Of a DNA stretch of 7,402 bases, positions 6,130-7,402 are shown in pieces (within the stretch, counting starts at the first letter, position 1; every line of letters begins with the position of its first letter). The notes under the pieces are model-generated. The model worked only from the letters and a program-made list of their open reading frames with translations. It did not search any database and was not told the origin of the DNA. The position numbers and the translations under genes were made by a program. The DNA comes from Candidatus Wukongarchaeum yapensis (GTDB taxonomy: Archaea > Asgardarchaeota > Wukongarchaeia > Wukongarchaeales > Wukongarchaeaceae): assembly GCA_016840425.1 (NCBI GenBank), contig JAEOSI010000113.1, forward strand, positions 1 through 7,402, given 5' to 3'.

Positions 6130-6861
6130 ATGCGCGTGATTCCGGTTATGGACTTGTTAAGCGGTGTAGTTGTTCATGCAAAGAAAGGAGAAAGAGAAAA
6201 TTATAAGCCTGTTAATTCTGTTTTGACTCCTTCAAAAGATCCTTTAGTAATAGGGGATGTTTTTAAGAAGATTTTTGGATTTAAAGAGGTTTATATAGCG
6301 GATTTAGACGCAATCCAAAGTTCATGGGCTGTAAACAATTTTTCGATTCTTGAAAAACTTTCTCTATTAGACATGGCGTTAATGCTTGATTGTGGTATAG
6401 ATTCCCCTGAAAAGGCTAAATCAACGCTAGCTTTTGGAGTAAACAAGATAGTTATTGGCACTGAAACCCTTTCTTCGCTAAAGCAATATAAAGAAATTGT
6501 TGAAGGGGTCGGGGAAGAAAAAGTGGTTCTAAGCCTTGATTTAAAGGATGGAAAGCTTTTAGGCGAAGTTTCTAAAGAGGTAGAAGAAGATCCTTTAAAG
6601 CTTCTAAAAAAAGTGTCAAAAATTGGGGCAAAAGAGATCATAATTTTAGAGCTATCCAAGGTCGGAACAGGTAGGGGGATTCCTGAAAAAATCATTAAAA
6701 AAGTTTTGAAATCTACTACTCTTCCCATAATCATAGGAGGAGGAGTGAAAGACATAGGGAACATAAAAAAAGCAAGAGAACTTGGAGCAAAAGGTGTGCT
6801 TATAGCTACCGCACTACACACAGGAAAAATAAAACCAAAAGACCTGAAAACAATTATCTAA
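6130..6861 (+). CDS. HisA/HisF-related TIM-barrel protein (TIGR00734/MJ0703-like, associated with H4MPT/methanofuran C1 gene sets); probably not the histidine-pathway HisA
   Basis: 243 aa. The N-terminus MRVIPVMDLLSGVVVHAKKGERENYKP and the motifs YIADLDAI, LDCG, VIGTETL, LSLDLKDG, LSKVGTGRG, IIGGGV and LIATALH fit the HisA-fold subfamily with the 'VVHAxxGxRxxYxP' signature. No other his genes are adjacent. Confidence 0.85.
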   Translation: MRVIPVMDLLSGVVVHAKKGERENYKPVNSVLTPSKDPLVIGDVFKKIFGFKEVYIADLDAIQSSWAVNNFSILEKLSLLDMALMLDCGIDSPEKAKSTLAFGVNKIVIGTETLSSLKQYKEIVEGVGEEKVVLSLDLKDGKLLGEVSKEVEEDPLKLLKKVSKIGAKEIIILELSKVGTGRGIPEKIIKKVLKSTTLPIIIGGGVKDIGNIKKARELGAKGVLIATALHTGKIKPKDLKTII

Positions 6862-6871
6862 AAAATCTCGT

Positions 6872-6877
6872 TTTTTA
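6872..6877 (+). terminator. Putative oligo-U terminator after the hisA-like gene
   Basis: T6 tract begins 11 nt after the stop codon. Confidence 0.4.
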
Positions 6878-6887
6878 TTAAAATTGG

Positions 6888-6895
6888 TTTATAAG
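6888..6895 (+). promoter_or_regulatory. Candidate TATA box for the zinc-finger gene
   Basis: TTTATAAG lies about 48 nt upstream of the ATG at 6943. It directly abuts the ORF-track start at 6898, which argues against that start. Confidence 0.4.
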
Positions 6896-6942
6896 ATATG
6901 TTTAGCTTTATTGAAGATACGATGAAAAGTCGAGGCGCTAAT

Positions 6943-7119
6943 ATGGAAGTAATAGAGAGAAAAATTGAAAAAGAATTTCATATCTGCGATAATTGCGGAT
7001 ATGACAAAGGATTTCATGTTTCCTTCGTTAAACAGGGAGATAATTTCGAAATAGTACTCATATGTCCTGAATGTGGGCAAAGATATAAGATAAAATGGAA
7101 AATTAAACTTGAACAGTAA
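6943..7119 (+). CDS. Small 4-Cys zinc-finger/ribbon protein (CxxC...CPxCG), 58 aa, function unknown
   Basis: MEVIERKIEKEFHICDNCGYDKGFHVSFVKQGDNFEIVLICPECGQRYKIKWKIKLEQ. The start at 6943 is preferred because GAGG lies at 6932-6935 and the TATA-like box leaves no room for 6898. The ATG at 6922 is an alternative. Confidence 0.75.
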   Translation: MEVIERKIEKEFHICDNCGYDKGFHVSFVKQGDNFEIVLICPECGQRYKIKWKIKLEQ

Positions 7120-7124
7120 AGAGG

Positions 7125-7402
7125 TTATGTGGCACGGATTTGTAGGATATCGCCATCTTTTAAAATATACTCTGTTCCTACCTGTTTTTTTAGAACCTTA
7201 TCTTCCTCTCTGAAGAGGAGAGCGGATTTAAACTGTTTTAAAAAATCCTTATGTATTCTTTTAGCAGCATCAGCTACCGTTGAACCATGAAACAACACGA
7301 GGGGTCTTTTCGAAACTTCGCCTTGCTGGTTTTTCGTATATACGCGGATCATTTGAAGGATTTGAAACGCTTCTTCACCGATTTTATCAATACCTTCCCC
7401 TG
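7125..7402 (-). CDS. C-terminal part (end of G domain plus TGS domain) of a DRG/Obg-family GTPase; 5' part lies beyond the window
   Basis: The frame is open to the window edge: GEGIDKIGEEAFQILQMIRVYTK...PLVLFHGSTVADAAKRIHKDFLKQFK...VG...LKDGDILQI. IRVYTK, GSTVxD, IHKDF and LxDGDI are DRG-type TGS motifs. The ORF-track start at 7352 is an internal Met. Confidence 0.88.
   Translation of the reverse strand, partial: GEGIDKIGEEAFQILQMIRVYTKNQQGEVSKRPLVLFHGSTVADAAKRIHKDFLKQFKSALLFREEDKVLKKQVGTEYILKDGDILQIRAT

Noticed and set aside
6130-6861. Gene symbol hisA
   Set aside because: The signature fits the HisA/HisF-related subfamily better, and there is no his operon context.
6898-6942. ORF-track N-terminal extension of the zinc-finger protein
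   Set aside because: It starts immediately after the TATA-like box, and a GAGG site precedes the ATG at 6943.
6291-7080. Minus-strand ORFs 6291-6821 and 6889-7080
   Set aside because: Antisense to the well-supported hisA-like and zinc-finger genes, with no motifs of their own.

Overview
AT-rich archaeal chromosomal window. The archaeal call rests on a TrmB-type wHTH, GGAGG/AGGTGG ribosome-binding sites, TATA-like boxes, a DRG-type TGS domain and a HisA/HisF-related C1-pathway gene. An Asgard or related lineage is plausible but cannot be shown from this window. Gene order: a 1534-aa protein (+) with a TrmB-like winged helix, a ~1300-aa rod of 11-residue (hendecad) helical repeats and a TrmB/PLD-fold-like C-terminal domain; two tandem MarC-family membrane proteins (-); a divergent HisA/HisF-related TIM barrel (+); a small 4-Cys zinc-finger protein (+); and the 3' end of a DRG/Obg-family GTPase (-). 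No RNA genes, CRISPR arrays or mobile elements were seen. The main candidate for a new system is the giant 'stretched TrmB', with its acidic wHTH and a mid-rod break. Secondary signals are gene-conversion-like identical patches between the marC paralogs, a 16-bp palindrome upstream of one of them, and a C>G skew at gene ends.
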